Shown: positions 9,281-19,700 of the stretch, piece after piece
How positions within the stretch are numbered: position 1 is the first letter of the stretch
Layout of the letters: each line of letters starts with the position of its first letter
Source of the DNA: a virus
Lineage: Duplodnaviria; Caudoviricetes
Length of the DNA: 64,000 nucleotides
IMG/VR virus record: IMGVR_UViG_2889388703_000001
Span: 37,071 to 101,070 of that record
Strand: one strand, 5' to 3'
Notes under the pieces: model-generated
Database searches by the model: none
The model's input: the letters and a program-made list of their open reading frames with translations, nothing else
Told to the model about the DNA's origin: nothing
Program-made: the position numbers and the translations under genes

Positions 9281-9718
9281 CTATCTGTCTTTTATATTAA
9301 AATGTTCAATAAGTTCCTGGACGGTGGCTTTGTGAGACCACATAGGGCTATTTATGACGCATTCATCGTAACCTATAAATTTCATCCAATCTCCTCTCTT
9401 TAAGGTTAAAAATGATTCTGCATCAAAAATAAACCATTGGCCATAATCTGTGTCGTCACGTAATGATGCTATTGCCAAGAACAGGTTTTCATTGGTCCCG
9501 CAGTCAATAAATTTGATTTCATTTTGAAACATCTTGACATATTCGTGAATATATATCACAGCGTAAAATATTGGATTTCCACGAGGAGATTCCATCGCTA
9601 CCAGCGTAGGAGCTTTCTCCAATAGTAGATTCATTGTCAATGGTATATATCCGAGTTCCTCCAGTTTCTTTCTTAGTTCCGGTGTGTTCTTCCGGATAAA
9701 ACAAGGTTGTGTAAACAT
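9281..9718 (-). CDS. hypothetical protein, MFTQPCFIR family copy 2
   Basis: Tandem paralog of 9722..10138. Confidence 0.75.
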   Translation of the reverse strand: MFTQPCFIRKNTPELRKKLEELGYIPLTMNLLLEKAPTLVAMESPRGNPIFYAVIYIHEYVKMFQNEIKFIDCGTNENLFLAIASLRDDTDYGQWFIFDAESFLTLKRGDWMKFIGYDECVINSPMWSHKATVQELIEHFNIKDR

Positions 9719-9721
9719 AGT

Positions 9722-10138
9722 CTATCTATCCTTTATGTTAAAATGTTCGATTAGTTCCTGTACAGTGGCTTTGTGGTATAAGATTGAAATGTCTTTCTCC
9801 TCATAAGATCCGGATTCATTTATCCAGGTATAAAATACAAACTTATTATCCACACATTGCAGCCAAACATTTTCATCATTTTCCACGAACCATTGTCCTC
9901 TATCCGTATCGTCACGTAAAGCTGCTATTGCCAGGAACAGGTCCTCGTTTGCACCGCAGTCAATACAGTGTGGATGATTGTCCGAGTCTGTAAAATGCCA
10001 GGTATCTCCTTCTAAAACGAGGTGATTCCCTTCTATATTGTTCCGGAAAACCATGTACATTGCAGTGTAGCCTAATGCTGCCACATTGAATGCCAATTCT
10101 TTTCTCGCATTCCTTATAAAACAAGGTTGTGTAAACAT
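9722..10138 (-). CDS. hypothetical protein, MFTQPCFIR family copy 1
   Basis: Shares N-terminus, IDCGxNE.LFLAIA.LRDDTD and HKATVQELIEHFNIKDR with its neighbour. Confidence 0.75.
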   Translation of the reverse strand: MFTQPCFIRNARKELAFNVAALGYTAMYMVFRNNIEGNHLVLEGDTWHFTDSDNHPHCIDCGANEDLFLAIAALRDDTDRGQWFVENDENVWLQCVDNKFVFYTWINESGSYEEKDISILYHKATVQELIEHFNIKDR

Positions 10139-10148
10139 AAGCTGATTC

Positions 10149-10553
10149 TTATAGGTAGGTTAATGACACTTTTATCCCATCGTTCAAAGCTTTCTCGAAT
10201 GTATCGGTATATCCATCCATCTGCGATATGAGAGACAGATCCTCCATGTCGTACAGGCGGTAGTACCAGCCGTGTTTGTTGAGGTCGACAACGATGTGGA
10301 TCTTTCCTTTTGTGCGGACCCATTTTTGCGCGGCGTATAGCGTGGGAGCCAGGTATTCACCCTGGTATCTTGTATATCTTAACAGATGACGGAACTTCCT
10401 CACGTGGAACGTTAATACGCTTAGCACCGACCGTCCTGTTTCATCCGTTATGTAACTGGCACGACAGTCTTCTCTATATCCTTTGTCCTGAAGAAGTTTG
10501 GATACTTCAAAAGTGACAAAATCTTCATTTATCATATTATGTTCTGCTGACAT
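10149..10553 (-). CDS. hypothetical protein (paralog of 13610..13999)
   Basis: EDFVTFEV..LL..KG and PTLY.AQ.W motifs. Confidence 0.7.
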   Translation of the reverse strand: MSAEHNMINEDFVTFEVSKLLQDKGYREDCRASYITDETGRSVLSVLTFHVRKFRHLLRYTRYQGEYLAPTLYAAQKWVRTKGKIHIVVDLNKHGWYYRLYDMEDLSLISQMDGYTDTFEKALNDGIKVSLTYL

Positions 10554-10557
10554 AGTG

Positions 10558-10893
10558 CTATGCTTTTAATGGTTTTAAAAAGTTTCTTGTAAAGCCTAAA
10601 TCCAGTCCTCTATCGTGGTAGAATTTCAATACTGCATCGTAGCTGTGCCGGGTATAGAAACCTATATCGTCAAGAGAATTGATTATTTCCAAAGCTGTGT
10701 ATCTCCGGTAATCTTCAATCGTAAAGTAAGTATTTGGAGAGTATTTGGAACCACCGGAAAACTTAAAGTGAAGGCTACCTTCATGCTCCTGTACCTGAAC
10801 TACAGGCCAACGGTAACTGTCCTTAAATTTAGGAATATCCTTCCATTTAAGTTTTGACTTCCGGCTTTCGTGGATTCTAATTTTATTTTCCAA
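10558..10893 (-). CDS. hypothetical protein
   Basis: 111 aa in packed operon. Confidence 0.6.
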   Translation of the reverse strand: MENKIRIHESRKSKLKWKDIPKFKDSYRWPVVQVQEHEGSLHFKFSGGSKYSPNTYFTIEDYRRYTALEIINSLDDIGFYTRHSYDAVLKFYHDRGLDLGFTRNFLKPLKA

Positions 10894-11149
10894 GACAAGT
10901 TATATTAAAATTGTTACCATTTGAACAATAACTGCACATTGATGTGAACGGAGAATAAACCCTTCCGCACTTTGGACATATCCAACCTTGCTGTCCAAAT
11001 ATCCCCGAATTTAATTTTGTTGAATTTTCCTTTTCCTCCCTTGCCATTTCTATAGCTTTTAAGGCAGTTTCTTCCGATACAATGTAACAAAGTTGTCCTC
11101 CAGGATAATCTTCACGTCTTTTTGATTTTATGTATTCTTCCGGTGTCAT
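10883..11149 (-). CDS. zinc-ribbon protein
   Basis: GWICPKCGRVYSP...CSYC. Confidence 0.7.
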   Translation of the reverse strand: MTPEEYIKSKRREDYPGGQLCYIVSEETALKAIEMAREEKENSTKLNSGIFGQQGWICPKCGRVYSPFTSMCSYCSNGNNFNITCLGK

Positions 11150-11151
11150 AA

Positions 11152-11628
11152 TTATTGTATGTTAAGTAAAACCCATATTAAGCAGACAAACATAATGAAG
11201 GCGACAATCCCTGCACAAATGGCCGGGGTTAGCATTCTCTTCCACAATATATCTGCCTTGTGGCATCGTTCATTGATATAATTGATTTTTGACATGTGCT
11301 CACCAAACTGAAGCTCCATCATGTGACGTGCCCATCCAGTAAGCATCTTATCAAATCTTTGTCTGGCTTCTTCTTTGATAGTGAACTTACCTGAAGGGTT
11401 TAGCAGGTATGAATCTGTCCTGAACTCAAACTCTTCTGAATCCAGAATATCACGTCCACCACTACTTCGTATCTCCATGGAGACTTTAAGCCATGGAATT
11501 GCTTTTGTTTCCCACATTTCGAGGGCACGTTTCTCTATTTCTTCTGCGTTGGCGTTGGCCAGCTCTTTCATCTTTTCGTACTCGTCTTTCGGAACGAATA
11601 CGACTGCTTTTTTATCGTCGATATACAT
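11152..11628 (-). CDS. hypothetical protein with C-terminal TM helix
   Basis: 158 aa; hydrophobic C-terminus. Confidence 0.65.
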   Translation of the reverse strand: MYIDDKKAVVFVPKDEYEKMKELANANAEEIEKRALEMWETKAIPWLKVSMEIRSSGGRDILDSEEFEFRTDSYLLNPSGKFTIKEEARQRFDKMLTGWARHMMELQFGEHMSKINYINERCHKADILWKRMLTPAICAGIVAFIMFVCLIWVLLNIQ

Positions 11629-11644
11629 AGTTCCTGATTTTAGA

Positions 11645-12274
11645 TTATTCTTTACTTTCCTGACTTTCTTCGATCAGCCTTTCCACTTCCTGAATGTCGC
11701 AGGTGAATTTGTTATAAAAACTATCGTACTGGGAACATTCTTCGTCGACATACTCTATCCATGCCGTTTTGGTCTCAAGGTTGATAATTATCATCTGCCT
11801 GTTGCAGGAATCGTCTTTCCCGGCCACCCTGCTTTTCATCTGCTGAATATCGAAGTTGCAAAATATACGATGTAACTCCCCGTTATAATAATCGAATATC
11901 GGACCGGTGTAGATAATGTTTTTCGTTTTCATACCTGGGTATTTAAGTTCAATCATTGGTTTATGGTATAATATCGGCCGTTTTATTTCGCTCCATGCGA
12001 TTGGCCTTACATTGTAGGCCCATGTGCCGTCTGACATAATGAAGGAATTGGTGTATCTTCCGTCTTCGAGCATGACGTTCACGCATTGTCCTTTCGGAGG
12101 GAGTGAAGCTTGTACGCTTTTCCATTGTGAAAAAAACGACGCATCCCACGCTTGCCACATTGCTTCGGTTATATCGCCGATGTAGAAATGTACGTTTTCA
12201 TTGCTGCCTGAGTCCTTATTACGTTCGTTAAACAGCTGCGTGGCGTATCGGTGTATATATTCTTTCTTATCCAT
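11645..12274 (-). CDS. DUF551-like phage protein
   Basis: WKSVQASLPPKGQCVNV...IAW pattern. Confidence 0.55.
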   Translation of the reverse strand: MDKKEYIHRYATQLFNERNKDSGSNENVHFYIGDITEAMWQAWDASFFSQWKSVQASLPPKGQCVNVMLEDGRYTNSFIMSDGTWAYNVRPIAWSEIKRPILYHKPMIELKYPGMKTKNIIYTGPIFDYYNGELHRIFCNFDIQQMKSRVAGKDDSCNRQMIIINLETKTAWIEYVDEECSQYDSFYNKFTCDIQEVERLIEESQESKE

Positions 12275-12653
12275 GGTTTACTTCAATTAGTTTAGGTTTC
12301 GGAAACCAGTAGTCACATTCATAATCTCCGTAGTCCTCAAAATGAAAATCGGGAGAAGTGGCAACTTTGTATTTCCCGTCTTCCTGGTAGATGTATCCGC
12401 TTACGAATGCTCCGTTTGACACCATACGGCAGACAACTTCCTCGTTCGGGTCAGGTTGCCGTTCTTTTACGTTTGTCAAAAGGCCGCCGAGCATGGCATC
12501 CCATCCGTCCAGATATGCCTGTTCAACATAGTATATATCAAAATCGGACATTCGTTTTGCTCGTTCCATCCCGTATTTCTCCACATAATACGATTTAACT
12601 GAGTTCATAAGCCCATCGGCGTATTCTCTTGCTTTTTCTTCTTTCTTATTCAT
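12267..12653 (-). CDS. DUF551-like phage protein
   Basis: AYLDGW, VKERQPDPNEEV, DYWFPKP. Confidence 0.55.
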   Translation of the reverse strand: MNKKEEKAREYADGLMNSVKSYYVEKYGMERAKRMSDFDIYYVEQAYLDGWDAMLGGLLTNVKERQPDPNEEVVCRMVSNGAFVSGYIYQEDGKYKVATSPDFHFEDYGDYECDYWFPKPKLIEVNHG

Positions 12654-12656
12654 GGC

Positions 12657-13007
12657 CTACTTCAATTCTATATGTAATTCCTTATCTATCATCTTTGCGA
12701 GCTCTGGTATGCTCTTGTTTTGCCATTCCACGCATATATCATCTATTTCATCGTCATAGTGATTGTCGTGAACGTATTCGTTTATCCAGGTAGCAAAATC
12801 ATCTTCTGATATCCCTTCTTCATCATAGTCATCTATTTCGGATGCTATATTCAGACAGTGCAGATGCGATTTCCAGGTGTAAACTGTGCCATCAAACTCC
12901 AAGGTGGCATTGTCGTACTTCTCTCCTTTCTCTATTATCCCTCCGCAGAAATTGCACTTGTGCTGTTTTCTTGCTATGGGTTTTCTTCTGTTTATTTCTT
13001 TTGGCAT
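12657..13007 (-). CDS. zinc-binding hypothetical protein
   Basis: ARKQHKCNFCG..I.KGE.Y...HLHC. Confidence 0.7.
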   Translation of the reverse strand: MPKEINRRKPIARKQHKCNFCGGIIEKGEKYDNATLEFDGTVYTWKSHLHCLNIASEIDDYDEEGISEDDFATWINEYVHDNHYDDEIDDICVEWQNKSIPELAKMIDKELHIELK

Positions 13008-13010
13008 AAG

Positions 13011-13277
13011 TTATTCCTCCTTGTTTAAACATGCTCCTTTCAGAGCGGCTTCTATTGCTTCTTCTATATTGTTGAAGTCATCGTAATAGTCCACATCATA
13101 TATTCCGTCATCACCCATTACGCTCAGGTAGAATCGGGTTTTACCGGGCTCCTTCGCTTTACCATAACCTTGATTTGATGTTATGTAAAACTCACGCTTT
13201 TTGTAGTGAGCCAGGAATGTGGCCCTGGTGTATTCACGTATTTCCGATTTCCGGAATATGCAGCCTGCTATTTTCAT
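13011..13277 (-). CDS. hypothetical protein
   Basis: 88 aa in packed operon. Confidence 0.6.
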   Translation of the reverse strand: MKIAGCIFRKSEIREYTRATFLAHYKKREFYITSNQGYGKAKEPGKTRFYLSVMGDDGIYDVDYYDDFNNIEEAIEAALKGACLNKEE

Positions 13278-13283
13278 ATCCTG

Positions 13284-13613
13284 CTATTTTACGGATACTA
13301 CATTCGGGTAAAATTCTACAAAAGGAATTTCAACCCCCATGGTACGAAATGTATAAGTACTGTCTATCTTAATTCTTCCCAGCAGCTCCGGATGTGCAAG
13401 GAAACCATGTATGCTGAGTCTCATGGTCCCTTTGGAGGTGAAAAGTAGATAATAAACTTCGGTAGTCGTATTACCTTCACTTGAGGTTACATTTTCTATT
13501 TTCTCTATCCGGTTTACAGTGGCTATTACTTCAGTTCGGTTAGAGAATGTAGTTATTGCAGCTAGGATAGATATAACAATAGCAATAGCTATCATAAATG
13601 GTATTTTCTTCAT
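13284..13613 (-). CDS. membrane-anchored small beta protein
   Basis: N-terminal TM/signal; TYTFRTMG.EIPF..FYPNV. Confidence 0.65.
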   Translation of the reverse strand: MKKIPFMIAIAIVISILAAITTFSNRTEVIATVNRIEKIENVTSSEGNTTTEVYYLLFTSKGTMRLSIHGFLAHPELLGRIKIDSTYTFRTMGVEIPFVEFYPNVVSVK

Positions 13614-13999
13614 AATCTTCTTTCTTTAATCAGTTCACATGACTCACGGATTCCTTCATTCAGCACTTTTTCATAGCTCCGATATACCTTAGTTTCTCTG
13701 TATTCCTTTGAATTTAAAGAGTGAATATCACAGATAAAATCAGATTTTCTTGTAGGAGCATGGAAACAAATAATCTTTATGTCTAAATGAATATCATAAT
13801 TTTCACGTAACCATCTCTGAGCTTCATATAAAGTTGGTCTGGAAAAGCAACAATCAACCGATTCGTTGAAGTTTTCGGGTTCCTGGCACACCCATACTGT
13901 CCCTGTCTTAGTATATTGGGAATGCACAGGTTCATTAAACCCTATTTCTTTCAAAAGCAATCCTACATCGTGTGTTACATAATCTTCCGGTCTAAACAT
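13610..13999 (-). CDS. hypothetical protein (paralog of 10149..10553)
   Basis: EDYVTHDVGLLLKEIGF, RPTLYEAQRWLRE. Confidence 0.7.
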   Translation of the reverse strand: MFRPEDYVTHDVGLLLKEIGFNEPVHSQYTKTGTVWVCQEPENFNESVDCCFSRPTLYEAQRWLRENYDIHLDIKIICFHAPTRKSDFICDIHSLNSKEYRETKVYRSYEKVLNEGIRESCELIKERRL

Positions 14000-14007
14000 G
14001 GCTATTT

Positions 14008-14613
14008 TTATTTATAAGGGTTATTATCCAAAACTAAAGCAGAAACGGCCAGCCCTTGTGCGATCAGGTTGCGGTAGTCTATGTGACACTGATGCAGCAC
14101 GTGAAAGACTTGCTGGAAATGGCGAAGGCCCAATTGAGTGCTGTTATGCTTCCCTTCTTCCGGTGTAATAAAGAAGCTCTGCAAGCTCATTTCGCACACC
14201 TTACCTCCCCAGGCGAAGAACTCCACGCATTCTCTTTCTTCGTCGAAATTCCAGGTGGTATAAAGGCCCATATACCCGTCGAAATCGAATGCTTCTGCCA
14301 GGTACTTCATCGGGCAAATTTCCGAGCCGTTCACAAAGATTTCTTCTGTGATTGAAGACAGCGGATAGAGTATCGGTTTTATATCTCCCAATCTGAACCC
14401 TTTCCCGAGACATCTTTCGCCTTTTAATGTTTCGGCATTCAGGCCAATTTCGTTAGCATGCTTGTCTTTTTTCTTATAAGCCCATACCTTATATCTGTCG
14501 GCTAAGTTTATAACGTCCATTCCGATCATTCCTTGTTTAGTGATAAACGCCAAGCCAAACGGTAATCTGGCTGAAATATCTTCCAGTAACAGTAGTTTTT
14601 CTTCTTCTTTCAT
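14008..14613 (-). CDS. hypothetical protein
   Basis: Likely start MKEEEKLLLLEDISARLPFG; KPILYPLS motif. Confidence 0.65.
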   Translation of the reverse strand: MKEEEKLLLLEDISARLPFGLAFITKQGMIGMDVINLADRYKVWAYKKKDKHANEIGLNAETLKGERCLGKGFRLGDIKPILYPLSSITEEIFVNGSEICPMKYLAEAFDFDGYMGLYTTWNFDEERECVEFFAWGGKVCEMSLQSFFITPEEGKHNSTQLGLRHFQQVFHVLHQCHIDYRNLIAQGLAVSALVLDNNPYK

Positions 14614-14617
14614 GATG

Positions 14618-15205
14618 TTATTCTTTATTTTTACAAAACTCTTCAAATTCAGATAAAGCATTTTTTATGGAATCAGCTAATAATCTCGAATACGAGTCTC
14701 CACATTTTGCGAAGGAAGGCATGGTCGTTTGCGACCAAATCCGGTCGCCTGTTTTTTGTGGCCTAGGATCATCCATGAAAAATGTAATTGTATGCGTTTC
14801 GTAGTTATCCATATTTATTTGGATCTCTACTGTCTTACCATGTATTTTCTTTGCTGCATAAAGTACCATCTGATTAGAAATCGTACTTTCAAGCACTCTA
14901 TTGACAAGGCCGACGTATTCTAATGGACGTATGTACTTTTCCCAATATTTGTTCTCTTCCTCACTTCTTATATTAGACAAGTAGTTTCTATTTTGGTAGT
15001 TATTACATCTGTGAAATCTTCCTAGTACGTCACCAGATAGCCTACAATAAAAAGTGGTGCACACTTCCCCATTTCTGGCTCTATTCAGATTCCAAGCGAA
15101 ACGTTTACAATTGACACAAACTTCAACTGGTCCCCATTCTGATTCGGATTTTCTTATTCTATCCGACAATTCACGTAGTTTTTTCTTTTCTTCCTCTGAA
15201 ATCAT
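14618..15205 (-). CDS. hypothetical protein with CxxC
   Basis: 195 aa, ATGA-coupled. Confidence 0.6.
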   Translation of the reverse strand: MISEEEKKKLRELSDRIRKSESEWGPVEVCVNCKRFAWNLNRARNGEVCTTFYCRLSGDVLGRFHRCNNYQNRNYLSNIRSEEENKYWEKYIRPLEYVGLVNRVLESTISNQMVLYAAKKIHGKTVEIQINMDNYETHTITFFMDDPRPQKTGDRIWSQTTMPSFAKCGDSYSRLLADSIKNALSEFEEFCKNKE

Positions 15206-15498
15206 TGTCCATCTAATTTAGTGATAACATAATCGGCTTTGTTCCATCCTGTACAAAAGGAAACGGCTGCAATCCTGGCTTTTAAAACCTTTTCCGGGAA
15301 ATCTTCATTTAACAGCTTCCCTTTCCGGTAGTGTGCAACGTGTGAAGTTGCATCTACGACGAAGGAACCGCTAATAGCCGGGTACTTTTTCAGGATTTCT
15401 TCGATAAACTCTCCGACGGTATATTGCCTGTCAAAATCCACATATCCTCCAACATAGGGAGAAGCATGGTTGGGAAAGACTCTAATTAGTTCAAACAT
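15202..15498 (-). CDS. hypothetical protein
   Basis: 98 aa in packed operon. Confidence 0.6.
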   Translation of the reverse strand: MFELIRVFPNHASPYVGGYVDFDRQYTVGEFIEEILKKYPAISGSFVVDATSHVAHYRKGKLLNEDFPEKVLKARIAAVSFCTGWNKADYVITKLDGQ

Positions 15499-15523
15499 AG
15501 GCTATGTACTTCGATTTATGGTT

Positions 15524-15748
15524 TTATTCAACTATCAAGTGATTATGAATTTCCATAATTTTCAGAATCCGAACTTCGCATCTCATAATCCCTAAATCCT
15601 TTGCTATGGCTCCTTTTGCAGCCTGATGAAGGGTTGAATGATCCGTCTGTTCTTCTTCTGTACGGACCGGAAGGAGGTATTCTTCACGGAATCTAACCGG
15701 AGGTGTACCGGCTTCAAAAACCACGGAAAAGTTCTTTTTTATTAGCAT
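15524..15748 (-). CDS. hypothetical protein
   Basis: 74 aa in packed operon. Confidence 0.55.
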   Translation of the reverse strand: MLIKKNFSVVFEAGTPPVRFREEYLLPVRTEEEQTDHSTLHQAAKGAIAKDLGIMRCEVRILKIMEIHNHLIVE

Positions 15749-15751
15749 TTG

Positions 15752-16066
15752 TCATTCTCCTCTCAACTTCTTATCCAGCATGATCTGCAGTGCTTCATCG
15801 CCGCGTCCCATCTTATTCATCATTTCGCCGACCTGCTTATCGAAATCGCTGCTTTGCAGGCTTACAAGGGCTATCATGGCGAGTGTCTGTATCTGGCTTG
15901 ACTGAATGGCTGTTACTTCTATTACTTTTTCAAGCATACCGGCATCCGAGAATCCTCTTTCTTTCATCGAAAGAAGACCTTTTGAATTTTTCGTGCTGGA
16001 CTCTATTGTCTGAAGTATGTATTTCAATACTCCTCTTTTATCTTTCAATAAATCTGCAATATCCAT
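15752..16066 (-). CDS. hypothetical helical protein
   Basis: 104 aa in packed operon. Confidence 0.6.
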   Translation of the reverse strand: MDIADLLKDKRGVLKYILQTIESSTKNSKGLLSMKERGFSDAGMLEKVIEVTAIQSSQIQTLAMIALVSLQSSDFDKQVGEMMNKMGRGDEALQIMLDKKLRGE

Positions 16067-16077
16067 GATTTAGAGGT

Positions 16078-16401
16078 TTACGATTTTCTATTTTTCTCTT
16101 CTTTCAAAGCCTGAAGCTTCGCAAAAAGTCCGCTCTTCTTACTTCCACATTTCCTGGATGATATGTTTCTAAAAGCCATTCCGATTGCTATCATTGAGAT
16201 TGCTGATTTTATCTGCTGTATTTCTGCGCTATCTGTCCCGAAATCACGTAATACCTCCTCATTGATAACTACATTATTTATTTCATCTTTTACATCTTCA
16301 AATGACACCATATCGAATCCGGATACAAGCATCACGGCTTTGATAAATTCTTTTTCCACTTCAAAAGTGATACTCACTTTTTCATTCTGATTGTTTCCCA
16401 T
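16078..16401 (-). CDS. hypothetical protein
   Basis: Likely start MGNNQNEK at 16401. Confidence 0.6.
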   Translation of the reverse strand: MGNNQNEKVSITFEVEKEFIKAVMLVSGFDMVSFEDVKDEINNVVINEEVLRDFGTDSAEIQQIKSAISMIAIGMAFRNISSRKCGSKKSGLFAKLQALKEEKNRKS

Positions 16402-16414
16402 ATCTCCCACTATT

Positions 16415-16711
16415 TTAAATTCCTTCATAAATCGGCATCGGAACAGAAGTGTCCACAAACAAATGCCCTACAAACGAACCGTTGAAAAGTATAAAAGTCC
16501 CTATATACATCATGTAAGGCTCAAGGTTTATCTCTTCACCGGTCATTACCATACGGAACTTTACTCCCCGCTGTGGCTTTGATTCATCTTCCAATGCCCA
16601 GATATATGCTTTCTCGTTTACCACATCAAGTTTCAGCAGCTTGCTTCCCTCGTGAAGCGGGAGCGTAAACTCTGACGCTGCCGGGATTTTATGTTTTAAA
16701 ATTCTTGCCAT
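16415..16711 (-). CDS. phage hypothetical protein
   Basis: IWAL...TGEEI...YIGT...FVGHLF pattern. Confidence 0.65.
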   Translation of the reverse strand: MARILKHKIPAASEFTLPLHEGSKLLKLDVVNEKAYIWALEDESKPQRGVKFRMVMTGEEINLEPYMMYIGTFILFNGSFVGHLFVDTSVPMPIYEGI

Positions 16712-16732
16712 ATTCTTTTCTTTTTAAGGTTA

Positions 16733-19700
16733 TTAATCATCTTCAAAGCGATACTTTTCTTCCCACTCTTCGTCGGTTTCCGGGCAGGAAAGTATCTCCT
16801 TGGAGTCTTTGGGTTCCTCACCCAGCTTGTAGAAAAAGCACACACGGGTAAATTTACGGGTGCGTTCCTCACGACGGATCGTGTCGTTCATAAACTCCTG
16901 CTCCCAGGCGTAGTGACGGGGATATTTGGAGCCTTTGTCCGAGCGGTAGACGATGGAAGGGTTCATGGTGTACTGCATATTGAAGCAGTAAGCCTGCATC
17001 TTTTCTATCATTTCGTTCTTCACGGATTTCACGCTCTGCAATGTCACCGCGTCGCCCCGGTGTTCCAGATAGCTGATGGCCATTTCACTGATGGACACCG
17101 GCCTTTTCCAGTGCCACTGGTTCGCAAAGAAATGGTTGGCCCAGTCAATGAATACCTGGTCCTTGATGGCGGAGTAAAGGATTCGCATCTGCCCGTCCTG
17201 CGACATGGGCGGTATCAGGCTTTCCTGCAGGCCGAGGTAAAACTGACAGCTTTGCAGCATCATGTACACCGCTTCGTCGCGTTCCTCTTCGGTGGCTTCC
17301 AGGAAGATGTCTTTCCCGAACTTTGTCTGCGGCGTGCGTTTCTTGAACTGACCGGCGTAGTCCTCGTCGTGGTAGTAATCGCTCTGCATGGCCAGGAATA
17401 TACGGCGTGAGGTGCTTCCTTCGGTCATGTCGAACGGCATCTTGTTCATGGTAATGAATATCTTCGGGGTTGCCTCGCGCGGCAGTGTCATTTCATCGTG
17501 ATACAGGGTCTTTACCGTAATGTTGTCCGTAATGTTGTAGAACTCGCTTCCCATCATGTCGGGACGAAGGTCGTCTATCAGACACATGCTGTCCACGGTA
17601 TAATGGAACTTGTCGAAGTTCTTGGCCATGTTTTCCTTCTTCTTCAAGGTCTGACCGGGGATGTAGCACACCTTCCGAACCAGCTCGAAGAAAGAGCGGA
17701 AGAAACTTTTTCCGGTACCTCCGCTGTTCTTCCCTTCATCGGCCACGGTGTACTCCGTCACGACTCCCATCTTCTGCATGGTGCCTGTACGGTATCGCGA
17801 AAGCATGTAGCCCATGAGCGCTACCTTGCAAATGAAGTGCATGTCCTGTCGTTGCTTTTCCAGCTCGGTAAGCGGATAGCCTTCGGCTTCCTTTCGCCAG
17901 TGTATGCGGCTGGTGTCGTACAGCCACTGCACGCAGACAGGCATCTGGTCAATATCTTTCGGCATTTTCAGCAGGAAGCGGTACAGACGCTGGTAGGCGA
18001 TGAACTCTGCATCCTCACGGCGGCGCTCGTTCTCGTTCATCCGCTTGTCGGCCATTCGCTGATCGTTCAGCTCCTTACGTGCGGCATATTCCGGATTCTC
18101 CTCGATAGTGAAAAGCGAAGACTTCATCGGATGGTAATCGGCGTCAATAATCGCTTTTCGGTTCACATGGAAAGGCAGATCCACGTAGTCCACCGGCTCG
18201 ATGCTGTCGGCCGTCACCTTCACGGCGCAGTTGCGGAAGAAGAAATAATCGAAATCCTTCCCCCACGACATGAAGTTCAGGTCTACTTTCTTGATTCCGG
18301 ACATGGTGTCGCGTCCGATTTTCTTCTGGGTACTGATGGCGTTGCTCAGTTCCTCGGAGTAATACTGTGAGTTGTATATCAGGAAGTCTTTCATGATTTC
18401 CTTCGCTTCGCTCAGTGCCTGGCTCTCTTCCACCACATCGACAATGTTGTTGCTGATGTGCACAAACTTGGTGGTATCCGCTTCGTCGGTGTATTTGTAG
18501 AATCCGTTGGCCGAAAGGAACTGGGCCATATTGTCGAAGTTCAGGGTGTATTTTCGTACCACTACCTTACTTTCGTCTTCCTGCTTTTTGGTCTGGTACT
18601 GCACATCCCAGAAGCGCATCCGTCGGGCGGTCTTGAGCAGGTCGTCAAAGTAGCGGTTTACGTTGGTGTGCATGAGCTTTTCATTGCGGCGCATCACTGC
18701 CGGGTAGAAGTTGAAGAACTCTTCGGCATCCTTGCACGTTTTCCCGCTGCGGGGATTGTACTGGGTGGAGAGGTCTTCGGGCAGATAGAGCACTTTCAGT
18801 TCCACGTGTTTCAGGGCCAGCCGGTTCATGGCGCGTATGCCGGTGCGGTCGATGTCATACAGCACAAACACTTCCATGGAGATGTCCAGCAGGCGACGGA
18901 TCGTTTTCGACGAAATCTCCACACTCTCGGAGTGGGGAAACACCACATGAGCGTCGCTATGGAAGTACACATTGATGGCATCGCGCGGTCCGGAACAGAT
19001 CACAATCCGGCGGAACACGTCGGCAAAAGCACGGGTACGCCGTCCCTGCTCGTCCACCCGGGTTTTCTCTATATTGATAATGGGATGTCCTTCCTTGTCG
19101 GAGGTTTCCACACGTCCGGTCTGCAGGGCACGCATCACGTCTGCATCGCCGTAGATTTCCTTGTGGAATCCTTCCGGACGGCTTCCTCCCTGGTACCACC
19201 AGGTAAACTTGTAGTTGGGCTGGCGGCGGCCGTCCGAATCGGTCGTCTCGCGGAAATAAGGCTCATATTTTCGTGCCCACCATCCGTTTTCGTCTTCGTA
19301 ACGAAAAAGAAAAATCGGGTAAGAAGGCGTAGACTTCACTTCGTAGCTGGTCAGTACGCCGTCAGCATCGGCCTTCTCGGGCGTAACGTAGCTTTCCAGC
19401 GGATAGAGGTTGAAAATGGTGCTTAGCTGGGTGCTGTCGAAGGGAGCGGGCATGTCGCCACGGTAAAAATCGGGATTGAACGAACAGCGCAACAGGTTGT
19501 TTCCGTCGGCATCGGTCACGGCTGTCTGCTCGGGGCCTTCGCTTGTGTTTTTCCCGGTGCGGAACACGGGGAGCACCTGGCATCCCAGCGCACGGAGCTC
19601 AGCGGGTGTAAACTCGCCCTTACGGATGCGGAAATCCACTTCCGGCTGCGGGGCGGTCTTGCGTGCCCGGTGGAAGAATCCGTTCTTGTAATCTCCTTCA

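Noticed and set aside
16913-19426. Long plus-strand ORFs (165-322 aa) opposite the primase; similar ones opposite the tape measure, hub and capsid genes
   Set aside because: Antisense shadows of real genes, with no motifs or leaders.
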